NCBI GenBank assembly: GCA_003389385.1
Contig: QQVM01000021.1
Coordinates: forward strand, 73,920-137,919
From: Bacteroidota bacterium
Lineage (GTDB): Bacteria; Bacteroidota; Bacteroidia; AKYH767-A; 2013-40CM-41-45
Direction: 5' to 3'
DNA: 64,000 nt
This document shows, piece after piece, positions 38,438-48,612 of this stretch. How positions within the stretch are numbered: position 1 is the stretch's first letter; every line of letters begins with the position of its first letter. The translations under genes were made by a program, and so were the position numbers. The notes below the pieces were generated by a model that had not been told where the DNA came from, ran no database searches, and was given only the letters and a program-made list of their open reading frames with translations.

Positions 38438-39925
38438 TTAATAGTACACAAGTCTGATTACATCAGCCAGGTATTTCGCATAACGGATCACTTGTCGGCT
38501 GTAACCATACTCATTGTCATACCAAACGTAGAGAACTAGGCTTTTGCTGTCCTTAGAAACGATAGTCGCCGGACTGTCGAAAATGCTTGCACAAGGATTG
38601 CCAACCAGGTCTGTTGAAACAAGTTCATTGGAAACTGAATATTGAATTTGTTCAACAAGCTTGCCCTGCAAGGCAGCATTGCGCATTACTTCGTTTACTT
38701 CATCCTTTGTTGTGCCTTTTTGGACTGTCAGATTTAGAATGGCAAGCGATACATCCGGAGTTGGAACTCTCACGGCATTGCCTGTCAGTTTTCCTGCAAG
38801 TTCTGGAATCACCTTTGCTACAGCCTTGTCTGCCCCGGTTTCAGTTATTACCATATTCAGTGCAGCTGATCTGCCTCTTCTGTACTTCTTGTGATAGTTG
38901 TCGAGCAGATTTTGGTCGTTTGTGTACGAGTGGATCGTTTCAATATGTCCTTTTTCAATTCCAAGTGCCTTGTGAATGACTGTAAGAACAGGTACGATCG
39001 CATTAGTCGTGCAAGAAGCTGCTGAGAAGACAGATTCTTTTTGTTTATCAAATGCAGATTCATTTACGCCATAAACTACATTCGGCACATCGCCTTTACC
39101 CGGAGCGGTGAGCAACACTTTTGAAACCCCTTTTGATTTCATATGGAGGCTGAGTCCGTCACGGTCCCTTACAACTCCTGTATTATCAATCACCAAAGCA
39201 TCATGGATGCCGTATGAGGTGTAGTCGACAGCGGCCGGGTCTGAGGAGGCAATCATATGAACCGTATGGCCGTTTACGACCAGAGCTTTGTTTTCATAAT
39301 CTTCTATTACAGTTCCAGGGAAGGCCCCGTGCACAGAGTCATTTCGAAGGAGATCTGCTCTTTTGGAAATATCATCATTACTGTTGCTTCTGGTTACAAC
39401 TGCACGAAGCCTGAGCTGTTCGCCTTTGCCGGCCTGAGCGATGAGTTCCCTCATCAGCAGTCTTCCAATTCTTCCGAATCCGTAAAGCACCACATCTCTC
39501 GGAATAATGTTTCTTTTTTCTTTACCAATGAATGTGGAGAATTTATCATGTATGAACTCTTCTGCCGATTTAAAGTTTTTCCTTTCAACAATCCATTCTG
39601 CATTCAGACGTCCTACATCAATTCTTGCAGGGGCAAGATTCAGCTTGTGCAACTCTTTGGCAAGCATGAGTGTGTCAAGGACATTAATTGGTTTTTTAAC
39701 TATTTGTTTTGCATACTGATGCAAGTTTAGGATTTCGCTGGCGCTTCGGTCAACCAGCTGGTTTCTGAAAAGTACCAGTTCCACGGATTTGTCAAACCAC
39801 AAGGAACCGGTTACATGAATCAGTGCAATTGCCGCCTTTTCAAGTTGTATCCAGTCTGAGAGTTCAGCCTCATACTTGTCTTTAAAATTCAATTTGGGAT
39901 CTGACTGTACGCTGTCTAATGCCAT
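38438..39925 (-). CDS. glyceraldehyde-3-phosphate dehydrogenase homolog, long form with about 130-aa N-terminal extension
   Basis: NAD-binding YGFGRIGR. Catalytic SAASCTTNAIVPVL, VHSYTNDQ and TGADKAVAKVIPELAGKLTG. Length 495 aa against about 335 for canonical GapA. Confidence 0.75.
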   Translation of the reverse strand: MALDSVQSDPKLNFKDKYEAELSDWIQLEKAAIALIHVTGSLWFDKSVELVLFRNQLVDRSASEILNLHQYAKQIVKKPINVLDTLMLAKELHKLNLAPARIDVGRLNAEWIVERKNFKSAEEFIHDKFSTFIGKEKRNIIPRDVVLYGFGRIGRLLMRELIAQAGKGEQLRLRAVVTRSNSNDDISKRADLLRNDSVHGAFPGTVIEDYENKALVVNGHTVHMIASSDPAAVDYTSYGIHDALVIDNTGVVRDRDGLSLHMKSKGVSKVLLTAPGKGDVPNVVYGVNESAFDKQKESVFSAASCTTNAIVPVLTVIHKALGIEKGHIETIHSYTNDQNLLDNYHKKYRRGRSAALNMVITETGADKAVAKVIPELAGKLTGNAVRVPTPDVSLAILNLTVQKGTTKDEVNEVMRNAALQGKLVEQIQYSVSNELVSTDLVGNPCASIFDSPATIVSKDSKSLVLYVWYDNEYGYSRQVIRYAKYLADVIRLVYY

Positions 39926-40040
39926 GATTGGAAGATTTATTGGTTTTATTTGAGTGATAAGTCTGAAGGTATTTAAAAAAGATCAGCTTTCAAATTATGA
40001 AAGCTGATCTGCAAATATCTGTAAAATAACTATGGCTCTA

Positions 40041-40904
40041 TCAACCGAGGTAAGCTTTCAGCAGCCTGCTACGGGATTTATGACGCAGCCTTCTGATTGC
40101 CTTCTCTTTAATCTGCCTTACTCTTTCACGGGTGAGGTCGAATTTGGCTCCGATTTCCTCCAGTGTCAGTCCATGCTGCATTCCAATTCCGAAGAAAAGC
40201 TTGATGACTTCTCTTTCGCGTTCAGTGAGTGTGCTGAGGGATCTGTCGATTTCTTTCTGAAGAGACTCATTCATCAGCAGATTATCAGCTCTGGGTGAAT
40301 CATGGTTCTCCAGAACATCGATTAGGGAATTGTCTTCACCCTGCACAAAGGGAGCATCCATTGACACATGTTTGCCACTGACTCGCATGGTGTCTGCGAT
40401 TTTTTCAGTCGGTATGTCCAGAATCTTCGCCAACTCATCCGGTGATGGCTCACGTTCGAATTCCTGTTCCAGCTTAGAGTAAGCTTTGGAGATTTTGTTC
40501 AGGGATCCCACCTGATTAAGAGGTAACCTTACAATCCTTGATTGTTCTGCAAGTGCTTGCAATATGCTTTGCCTGATCCACCATACAGCGTATGAAATGA
40601 ATTTGAATCCACGAGTTTCGTCGAACCTCTTGGCAGCTTTAATCAGACCGAGATTTCCTTCGTTGATGAGGTCGGGAAGGCTCAAGCCCTGATTTTGATA
40701 TTGCTTAGCCACAGAAACTACAAATCGAAGATTAGCTTTAGTGAGACGATCAAGAGCATTTTGATCCCCTTCTTTAATCTTCCTTGCAAGGCGAACTTCT
40801 TCCTCTGCTGTGATTAGTTCTTCACGACCGATTTCTTGCAGGTATTTCTCCAGAGACTGACTTTCCCTGTTGGTAATGGATTTAGTTATCTTGAGTTGGC
40901 GCAT
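40041..40904 (-). CDS. rpoD: primary RNA polymerase sigma factor (short Bacteroidota sigma-A)
   Basis: Region 2 [39 protein letters not shown], then regions 3 and 4.2 ([15 protein letters not shown]...[27 protein letters not shown]). About 287 aa from Met 40904. Confidence 0.85.
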   Translation of the reverse strand: MRQLKITKSITNRESQSLEKYLQEIGREELITAEEEVRLARKIKEGDQNALDRLTKANLRFVVSVAKQYQNQGLSLPDLINEGNLGLIKAAKRFDETRGFKFISYAVWWIRQSILQALAEQSRIVRLPLNQVGSLNKISKAYSKLEQEFEREPSPDELAKILDIPTEKIADTMRVSGKHVSMDAPFVQGEDNSLIDVLENHDSPRADNLLMNESLQKEIDRSLSTLTEREREVIKLFFGIGMQHGLTLEEIGAKFDLTRERVRQIKEKAIRRLRHKSRSRLLKAYLG

Positions 40905-41051
40905 ATTCTGGGTATAGCAGGTTAGAGAATCAAAAAACAAACAAAAATCAGTAAAAATTGTTCATTTTTTAATTTAAGCAAAGATATTAATTCAGCTAAA
41001 CCGAAGCAAATATTTCTGTAAACCGGTTTATAAGTCAAAGGAATTGTTGAT

Positions 41052-41081
41052 AAAAAAGGAAGGCCATAAAGCCTTCCTTTT
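41052..41081. terminator. bidirectional terminator downstream of htrA
   Basis: A6, then GGAAGGC-CATAAA-GCCTTCC, then T4. On the minus strand the hairpin is followed by U6. Confidence 0.7.
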
Positions 41082-41104
41082 CAGTGTCAATATTGGGTTT
41101 CGGT

Positions 41105-42559
41105 TCAAATGCCAAATCCGTAATAGGCCTTGATGCCATTGGGATACACCCCTTCGATCAATACCCCTCCCTGCTTGGATTTAAGGGTGTTTTCAAGGTC
41201 TTCCATGCCTTTAATCGGCTTCTTGTCGATGGAAGTGATAATGAAGCCTTCACGAATTCCTGCAGCCCTGAGTTTTCCATTGTTGAGTTTTGCGATTTTC
41301 ACACCTCCATTAATACCTAGTTTGGCGCTTTCTTCCTGCTTTACATTTTCAAAAGTTCCACCCAGGATGTTCAGGACCTGATCACTCTTAACAATCCGTG
41401 TGTCACCGTCCTTATTTTTTAGAGTCAATGTGTAGTATTTCTCATCTCCTTTTCTATTGACTTTAACCCTGATTTTGTCTCCAGGGCGATAACGGCCGAC
41501 TTGCTCCTGAAGCTGTGGTGTGGAAGCGATGCTTACATCACCAATCTGTGTAATGATATCGCCTTCACGCAAACCTGCATCTTCTGCAGAGCCGCCCGGG
41601 GTAATGCCGGCTATATATACGCCTCGAATCTCTTTAATACCTGCTTCATCTGCAAGCTTACTGTCAAGGTCTCGTATGCTGACTCCGATAAATCCACGCT
41701 GAACACTGCCAAATTCCACCAGATCATCCATTACCTTTCTTACCAGGTTTACAGGTATGGCGAATGAGTAACCTGTATATGATCCTGTGTTGGATGCAAT
41801 CGCTGTGTTGATTCCTACAAGTCTGCCTTCTATGTCAACTAAAGCGCCTCCGCTGTTTCCAGGATTGACAGCTGCATCAGTCTGAATAAAGCTTTCGATT
41901 TTATATTGGTCAGGAAGTATGCCAATGTTTCTGGCTTTTGCGCTGACAATTCCAGCTGTCACGGTAGAGGTCAGGTTGAATGGATTTCCTACTGCCACAA
42001 CCCATTCACCGACTTTCAACTCATCTGAATTTCCGTATACGATGTAGGGCAAATCTTTCTCATCTATTTTTAAAAGAGCTAAATCTGTGGAGGCATCAGA
42101 TCCAATCATCTTTGCAGTATAGGTTCTGTTATCGTTAAGTATTACTTCAATCTTTTCAGCTTTTTCAACCACGTGATTGTTGGTGACGACATACCCGTCT
42201 TCTGTCAAAATGACACCTGAGCCGCTGGATTCCTGCTTAGGAGCCTGTCTTGGTCTGCCCCAATAATCAAAAGGGTTCATAAATGGGTTATAAAAATAAT
42301 TTGAAGAAGTCACAGTTGAGCGTACATGCACTACTGAGTTTACAGACATTTCAGCTGCCTTTGTAAAATTAACCAATGCACCAGTCTGAGTGGTAGGGAT
42401 GCTGCTGACTAACTGGTAATTTGGATTGGGATTTGAAGAGTTTTTAGTGCTGATTACTGTCTGCTTATTGAGTATCTGAGAAAAAAATAAGGCGCCTCCA
42501 ATTCCCCCTAATAGTGCGATCATAATAGTTCCGAATGTCTTTTTCATTTTCTTTATCAT
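41105..42559 (-). CDS. htrA: Do/HtrA-family periplasmic serine endopeptidase (two PDZ domains)
   Basis: Trypsin-like catalytic GNSGGAL, a TDAAVNPGNSGGALVD context, and two PDZ domains. The ORF opens at 42637; Met 42559 or 42547 precedes the signal or TM segment. Confidence 0.85.
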   Translation of the reverse strand: MIKKMKKTFGTIMIALLGGIGGALFFSQILNKQTVISTKNSSNPNPNYQLVSSIPTTQTGALVNFTKAAEMSVNSVVHVRSTVTSSNYFYNPFMNPFDYWGRPRQAPKQESSGSGVILTEDGYVVTNNHVVEKAEKIEVILNDNRTYTAKMIGSDASTDLALLKIDEKDLPYIVYGNSDELKVGEWVVAVGNPFNLTSTVTAGIVSAKARNIGILPDQYKIESFIQTDAAVNPGNSGGALVDIEGRLVGINTAIASNTGSYTGYSFAIPVNLVRKVMDDLVEFGSVQRGFIGVSIRDLDSKLADEAGIKEIRGVYIAGITPGGSAEDAGLREGDIITQIGDVSIASTPQLQEQVGRYRPGDKIRVKVNRKGDEKYYTLTLKNKDGDTRIVKSDQVLNILGGTFENVKQEESAKLGINGGVKIAKLNNGKLRAAGIREGFIITSIDKKPIKGMEDLENTLKSKQGGVLIEGVYPNGIKAYYGFGI

Positions 42560-42729
42560 CTTGTTAAATTTTATTGATTTTTTGCAAAATTTGTGCCAAT
42601 AAATTGGCATTTTCTGATGAATATTTTGTGAATCCATGGGTTAATTTTTCCAAACAAATGTTAATCACTCTTAACTAATTCTGGAAGATGCCAGGGATTA
42701 TTTAGTCTATCTTTGCAATTATATTTTCA

Positions 42730-43242
42730 ATGAAACGTAAAAGCAACCAGGACATTTTCAGTTCTGTCCAAAACGGCGAAACAGAAATTTTGTTTTATCT
42801 CTGTGACAGGTATTTTTCTCATGCCCGCAAATGGTTGAGACGAAATGGAATGCCAGATGAATCAACACCGGAGTTTTTTGTGGATTTGATGTTGGATTTA
42901 TTGGAGGAAATCAGAATGCAAAACATGTCATCCAATGTGGAGTTTGAATCGCTGTTTTATAATACTTTGAAGAATTCGTTTGAAAATAGGAAAGGGAAAG
43001 GTGTGGAGTCGCCCGAATATTCTGATGACATCTTCAATAAAATAGCAGCAACATGTATTTCAAATTCCGATGAGAACACTCGTGATTTACTCAACAGCCG
43101 ATATGCCTTGAACCTGTCCTTTGAACAAATTGCTTCCCGATTCGATTTCAGCAATCCGGTTATAGCACAATTTGAAGTTAACAAGGCTATGAATCGTCTC
43201 CTTGATCGAATCAAAACAGAATCAAATCATAAGTCTGAATAA
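42730..43242 (+). CDS. divergent ECF-like sigma-70 family protein
   Basis: 170 aa. Region-2-like ILFYLCDRYFSHARKWLRRNG..PEFFVDLMLDLL and region-4-like HTH LNLSFEQIASRFDFSNPVIAQFEVNKAMNRLLDRI. Confidence 0.5.
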   Translation: MKRKSNQDIFSSVQNGETEILFYLCDRYFSHARKWLRRNGMPDESTPEFFVDLMLDLLEEIRMQNMSSNVEFESLFYNTLKNSFENRKGKGVESPEYSDDIFNKIAATCISNSDENTRDLLNSRYALNLSFEQIASRFDFSNPVIAQFEVNKAMNRLLDRIKTESNHKSE

Positions 43243-43243
43243 A

Positions 43244-44194
43244 ATGGGTCCTTCCCCGGAAGAGAGGTTGCTGATTGACCGATACCTTAAAGGTGAATTG
43301 AGTGGAATAGAGCTCCATGAATTCATGGAACGAATCGATGCAGATCCGGATTTCAGGCAGGAAGTAGTCCTACAGGACAAAGCTTCGTCTCAAATTAAAA
43401 TTTTATATAAAGCTAAGCTTAAGGAGCATTTGCTTGATTATATAAATTACAGAAAACCTCGCATTAATCCGGAGTTAAGGAATATTATTCTTTTCCTGCT
43501 TGTGCTTGGCACCGGAGTAATAATCTGGAACTACCCTGACTACAATGCAATAAAAACTGTGAGGAAGAATCTTTCCTTGTCACGATTTAAAAATAGTGAA
43601 CAAGTTAAAGATGCAAGTGAAAATACAAGAGACTTGAAAAAAGTGACTGAACATCAAAGTGGAAATCAAAAGGGAAATAACATTGAAGTGATTTCAGATT
43701 CTGTCTCTGAGATTGACGGATTGACTGAATCTGAACAATCATCTGCCGACAGCGTAGTGATTACACCAGCGGTGGGTGATGGGACTTTTATGGTCAGGCA
43801 GGATGAGCTGAAAGAAACCAAAACTATCCGAATTCAAAACCTTGCAGAGCAGACGGAGCAAAATTATGCAAACGTAACTTCTGAGAGCAGTGCATTAGAT
43901 GCTTTGAATAAAATGGCCCATTCATCCGGTTTACCACCGGTTGAAAGCATGAAGAAATCATCAGAGTCCATTGAAGTGGAGTTCTGGACTTCTCCGGTCA
44001 ATTACAGAGGTTACAAGTTAAGCCGCAGCAAACTGATATTGTTTGGAATTGATGAATCTGCTGATGTTGAACTTTTATCTTTTAACGAGCAATTGTATCT
44101 TAAACTCAGAAACGAATATTATCTGATCAGAAATAACGAGACATTTAATAATTTCCAAAGAGTGAACAAGCCGGAAACATCATTCAGGCAATAA
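43244..44194 (+). CDS. putative anti-sigma factor (single-pass membrane)
   Basis: Start ATG overlaps the upstream stop (TAAAATGG). The N-terminal EERLLIDRYLKGELSGIELHEFMERIDADPDFRQEV is typical of Bacteroidota anti-sigma N-domains, followed by the TM helix ILFLLVLGTGVIIW. The C-terminal periplasmic domain is unassigned. Confidence 0.5.
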   Translation: MGPSPEERLLIDRYLKGELSGIELHEFMERIDADPDFRQEVVLQDKASSQIKILYKAKLKEHLLDYINYRKPRINPELRNIILFLLVLGTGVIIWNYPDYNAIKTVRKNLSLSRFKNSEQVKDASENTRDLKKVTEHQSGNQKGNNIEVISDSVSEIDGLTESEQSSADSVVITPAVGDGTFMVRQDELKETKTIRIQNLAEQTEQNYANVTSESSALDALNKMAHSSGLPPVESMKKSSESIEVEFWTSPVNYRGYKLSRSKLILFGIDESADVELLSFNEQLYLKLRNEYYLIRNNETFNNFQRVNKPETSFRQ

Positions 44195-45022
44195 ATGTTG
44201 ATCATGATTATCAAATTCAGCAAATACCAGGGAACGGGCAACGACTTTATCATGATTGATAACAGATCAGAAGAGCATGTTTTTAAAGGAGAACTGGTAG
44301 CACGTCTTTGCCACAGAAGATTCGGGATTGGTGCCGACGGGCTGATACTTCTGCAAAATCATCATGAGAGTGATTTTGAAATGATCTACTTTAATTCCGA
44401 CGGTAATTTAGGTTCAATGTGCGGTAACGGAGGCCGATGCATAGTTTCATTCGCTAATTCCTGTGGTATCACTAAGGATGAATATTGTTTCAAGGCAAGC
44501 GACGGAACTCATCAGGCGTTGATCAAAAGAGGTAATCCTGATAATGTTAAATTGAAAATGAAGGATGTGAGTCAAATCGCTAAGCGAGTTGATTTGTGGT
44601 TTGCTGATACCGGCTCTCCGCATGTTGTCATCAAAATGGATAAAATTGATGAACTCGATTTGATAAAGGTGGGCAGAGAAATCAGGTATTCTGATGAGTT
44701 CGCTGAAGAAGGCGTAAACGTGAATGTTACCGAAGTAAGAAATAGTATTCTTGCTGTGAGAACTTACGAAAGAGGCGTAGAGAATGAAACATTTTCATGT
44801 GGAACCGGTGTCACTGCAGTTTCATTGATTGCAGTCAGGAACAAATGGATAATACCCTCCGGCAATTTTGTGGACATTGATACTCCCGGTGGAAGTTTAA
44901 GAGTTCACTTTAAGGAAGAACAAAACAGATTTACGGATATCTGGTTGGAAGGACCCGCAGCACTTGTGTATACCGGTGAATTTGATGCAGATGATCTGAG
45001 CCATCGGATTGTTATAAAGTAA
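44195..45022 (+). CDS. dapF: diaminopimelate epimerase
   Basis: FSKYQGTGNDFIMIDN N-terminal motif, two catalytic Cys (MCGNGGRC, FSCGTG). About 272 aa. Confidence 0.9.
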   Translation: MLIMIIKFSKYQGTGNDFIMIDNRSEEHVFKGELVARLCHRRFGIGADGLILLQNHHESDFEMIYFNSDGNLGSMCGNGGRCIVSFANSCGITKDEYCFKASDGTHQALIKRGNPDNVKLKMKDVSQIAKRVDLWFADTGSPHVVIKMDKIDELDLIKVGREIRYSDEFAEEGVNVNVTEVRNSILAVRTYERGVENETFSCGTGVTAVSLIAVRNKWIIPSGNFVDIDTPGGSLRVHFKEEQNRFTDIWLEGPAALVYTGEFDADDLSHRIVIK

Positions 45023-45112
45023 CATCTGATTGTGTAAAAACCATTATGCCCATGCTTCGCTTAACTGGTGCATGATTTCGTATATTCGTCCAGCACATTA
45101 AGAAACACTGAA

Positions 45113-45658
45113 ATGCAATTAATCGGAGAACTGATTCAGCTCAGAGCCTTGGAGCCATCTGACTTGAATCTGCTTTACAGATGGGAAAATGACTCCAGCA
45201 TTTGGAGCGTTAGCGGTACTCTTGTTCCTTTTTCGAAATTCGTTCTTGAGGAATTTGTAAACCAGGCTCACCAGGACATATATACAAACAAGCAAATCAG
45301 GTTGATGATTGATTTGAAATACCTGGAAGAGGATGATACAGATGATTCAAGGTGTATAGGTTGTGTCGATATTTTTGACTTTGATCCTAAAAACAGAAGG
45401 GCAGGTGTTGGAATACTCATTGCTGACAGAGCTGACAGAGGAAAAGGATATGCAACTGAGGCCTTGCATCTTATCATTGATTATGCGTTTGAAGTGCTTG
45501 ACCTTCATCAACTGTATGCAAATGTACGCGTCGATAATGAGAGTAGTGTCACGCTTTTTAAAAGACTGGGCTTTGAGATAACCGGTTTAAAGCAAGATTG
45601 GATCTACCATCAGGGGAAATACTTCGATGAATACAGCATGCAATTAATAAAAAAATAA
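45113..45658 (+). CDS. GNAT-family N-acetyltransferase (RimJ/RimL-like)
   Basis: GNAT fold with acetyl-CoA motif RGKGYATEAL. The ORF opens at 45068; Met 45113 is the likely start. Confidence 0.7.
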   Translation: MQLIGELIQLRALEPSDLNLLYRWENDSSIWSVSGTLVPFSKFVLEEFVNQAHQDIYTNKQIRLMIDLKYLEEDDTDDSRCIGCVDIFDFDPKNRRAGVGILIADRADRGKGYATEALHLIIDYAFEVLDLHQLYANVRVDNESSVTLFKRLGFEITGLKQDWIYHQGKYFDEYSMQLIKK

Positions 45659-45680
45659 GTATTCCTGAATTCAGCATCAG

Positions 45681-47726
45681 ATGGCTTTATTCAGAAAAGC
45701 TTTTTTAGTTGTGCATAGAAGCAAAGCAGTCATCCTGCTTTCAATATTGTTTTTTTTTTCCTGCAGTTGTGAAACAAGAGATTCTAAGGAACAAATTCCT
45801 AAGTACGCCTCTTTGTCTGATTCTACAGAATATGTCGGAATGCAAACCTGCAGGCAATGTCACAGTGACATTTATAACACTTACATAAATACAGGCATGG
45901 GCCAATCATTTGACTATGCCACAGGAAAGAAATCCTCTGCTGATTTTTCCGGAGATGCGCTTGTACGGGATATCCACAAAAATTTCTTATATCACACGGA
46001 ATTGAAAGGAGATTCGCTTTTTCTGAAGGAATTCAGAATGAGTGGAGGAGATACAGTTTACCAAAGCAACAGAAAGCTCGATTATATAGTAGGCAGCGGA
46101 CAGCACACCAATTCTCATCTCTGGCTGAGCGGACAATATTTATACCAGGCGCCGGTAACATTTTACACTCAAAAAGGAATATGGGATCTGCCTCCTGGTT
46201 TTGAAGGCGGCTTTAATTCAAGGTTTGGAAGAAAGATCGAACTTGAGTGTATTTCATGCCATAATGGATTGCCTAAAATAGTTCCAGGTTCACAAAATAA
46301 GTATGAGTTAATTCCCAATGGAATCGACTGTGAAAGATGTCATGGGCCCGGAAAGAAACATGTGGATGATAAACTCAAAGGCATACGAATTGACACCTCA
46401 AAATACATCGACTACAGCATAGTTAACCCTTCTAAGTTGCCGATAGATTTACAGCTTGACGTGTGTCAGCGCTGTCACATACAAGGCAACGCTGTGCTGA
46501 ATGAAGGAAAAACTTTTCTTGATTTCAGGCCCGGGATGAAATTGTCTGATGTGATGAATGTTTTTATGCCTGTATATAAGGGGCAAGAAAATGAACATAT
46601 AATGGCCTCTCACAGTGAGAGAATGAAAATGAGTGAGTGTTATAAAGTTTCAATTCAAAGTACTCACACCAATCCGAAGGATAATGAGCTTAAGCCTTAT
46701 AAATCTGCCATGACATGCATTACTTGTCATAATCCGCATGTTAGTGTAAAGGTCACAGGTTTTGATAATTATAACAATGCCTGCAATTCCTGCCATGGAG
46801 GAGCTGTTGCACAAGGTTTAAAAAATCATTCAGTATTATGCAGTATGCCAGAGAAAGACAGGCTGGCAGCAGGAAACAACTGCGTTTCATGTCATATGAA
46901 AAAGAACACAACCATTGACATTCCCCATGTTAGCTCTACGGATCATTTTATTCGAAAACCTGTTAATGAAAAAGAAAAGGAAAGCATAAGGGAGTTTTTA
47001 GCACTTGTTTGCATTAATAATCCCAATGCAGATTCCATTGCGACAGGCAAAGCCTATCTTTCGTACTTCGAAAAATTTGTTTCCAATAAGGTATACCTCG
47101 ATTCAGCTGAAAGATATCTGATTAAGCCGGTTATGCGAATGCCTGAAGCCTACATTCACTTGTTGGTACGATTGTACTTTCTGAAGAATGAATACCTGAA
47201 GGTAAAGGAGTTAAGACGATTCGCAGACAAATATCTGGCACGTGCCAAAGGTCCGGATGTCAGCAATGAACATGCATGGTGCGCCTACCGTCTGGGTGAG
47301 TCATTTTATAAGTCAGGCGATCTTATAAATTCTAAAATGTATTTTTCCCTGGCTGTAGAGCTTGCGCCCTTCATTCCGGAGTTCAGAAATAAGTTTGCAA
47401 GTGTGCTTCATGACGCTGGAAAAACGGAAGAATCAATAAAGCAGTATCAAATAATCATTCGTGAAAATCCGGAATACATCTCTTCATATACAAGCTTAGG
47501 CTTCATACTGCTTTCAGAAAAATCCGATGCAGCTAAGGCGGAAGAATTGTTCAATAGCGCTCTTAAACTGGACCCGGATAATGTGCCAGCATTGCTCAAT
47601 ATGGCAGGTTTAAAGCTTTACTCAGGCAGGAAAGCAGAAGCCCTGGCCCTGTTAGGCAGAGTGCTGCAGATTGACCCTAAAAACAGTGAGGCCTCTGCAC
47701 TGAAAAACAAACTGAAGAATAACTGA
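45681..47726 (+). CDS. heptaheme c-type cytochrome fused to C-terminal TPR repeats, probable lipoprotein
   Basis: Seven CxxCH motifs: CRQCH (nt 45849..45863), CISCH, CERCH, CQRCH, CITCH, CNSCH, CVSCH. All lie within the first about 410 aa. The C-terminal about 250 aa are TPR-like. The N-terminus ILLSILFFFSCSC is lipoprotein-like. Confidence 0.8.
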   Translation: MALFRKAFLVVHRSKAVILLSILFFFSCSCETRDSKEQIPKYASLSDSTEYVGMQTCRQCHSDIYNTYINTGMGQSFDYATGKKSSADFSGDALVRDIHKNFLYHTELKGDSLFLKEFRMSGGDTVYQSNRKLDYIVGSGQHTNSHLWLSGQYLYQAPVTFYTQKGIWDLPPGFEGGFNSRFGRKIELECISCHNGLPKIVPGSQNKYELIPNGIDCERCHGPGKKHVDDKLKGIRIDTSKYIDYSIVNPSKLPIDLQLDVCQRCHIQGNAVLNEGKTFLDFRPGMKLSDVMNVFMPVYKGQENEHIMASHSERMKMSECYKVSIQSTHTNPKDNELKPYKSAMTCITCHNPHVSVKVTGFDNYNNACNSCHGGAVAQGLKNHSVLCSMPEKDRLAAGNNCVSCHMKKNTTIDIPHVSSTDHFIRKPVNEKEKESIREFLALVCINNPNADSIATGKAYLSYFEKFVSNKVYLDSAERYLIKPVMRMPEAYIHLLVRLYFLKNEYLKVKELRRFADKYLARAKGPDVSNEHAWCAYRLGESFYKSGDLINSKMYFSLAVELAPFIPEFRNKFASVLHDAGKTEESIKQYQIIIRENPEYISSYTSLGFILLSEKSDAAKAEELFNSALKLDPDNVPALLNMAGLKLYSGRKAEALALLGRVLQIDPKNSEASALKNKLKNN

Positions 47727-47872
47727 ATGAGGTTTTTGTCTGGATTAAAGCTCTGTTAAGGTTAAATCAAGTATCGGTTAATTAATGCCCAATTGAATAA
47801 CCTGAGTGCATTATTCGAGCTTCAATTTTATACATTTGCAGAGCTCAAGGGACTTATCGGAAATTTTAAACG

Positions 47873-48574
47873 ATGTTGATGAAGACAAAAGGAAAAATAC
47901 TACTTGTTGATGATGAGCCGGACATACTTGAGTTTCTCAGGTACAATCTCGTCAAAGAAAATTATGAAGTTATATCAGTAAACAATGGTCGCGATGCCTT
48001 GAAACAGGCTGTAAATTTCAAGCCTGATCTTATTATTCTTGATGTGATGATGCCAGAGATGGACGGGATTGAGACTTGCAGGCAGCTAAGGGAAAATAAT
48101 ACACTGAGCAATACCTTAATCATTTTCCTTACTGCCCGGCATGAAGATTATTCTCAGATTGCGGGCTTAAGCGCGGGAGCAGACGATTATATCACCAAAC
48201 CTGTGAAACCCCAGGTGCTAATCAGCAGACTGGAGGCTATGTTCAGAAGATATAAAAGGGGTGAAAGAATACAGTCAGACAATGACACAAACATGATTGA
48301 AGCAGGCCGCGTGAAGATCGACAGGGACAAGTATCTTGTATCGATAGACGGTACTGATCTGGACTTTCCAAGAAAGGAGTTTGAGCTGCTTGCTTTTCTT
48401 GCATCACGTCCTGGAAAAGTTTTTTCCCGTGATGAAATATTGAATCAAGTTTGGGGAGAAGATGTGGTTGTAGGGGACAGAACAATAGATGTTCATGTCA
48501 GAAAGATACGGGAGAAACTTGGCGATGATTCAATCCGGACAATTAAAGGAGTTGGGTATAAATTCGATATGTAA
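47873..48574 (+). CDS. OmpR-family response regulator
   Basis: REC domain ILLVDDEPDILEF...DLIILDVMMPEMDG. Winged-helix output RTIDVHVRKIREKLG...VGYKFD. Confidence 0.9.
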   Translation: MLMKTKGKILLVDDEPDILEFLRYNLVKENYEVISVNNGRDALKQAVNFKPDLIILDVMMPEMDGIETCRQLRENNTLSNTLIIFLTARHEDYSQIAGLSAGADDYITKPVKPQVLISRLEAMFRRYKRGERIQSDNDTNMIEAGRVKIDRDKYLVSIDGTDLDFPRKEFELLAFLASRPGKVFSRDEILNQVWGEDVVVGDRTIDVHVRKIREKLGDDSIRTIKGVGYKFDM

Positions 48575-48612
48575 ATTGGGGAAACAAATTCTAAAATGAG
48601 GGATTTTATTTC

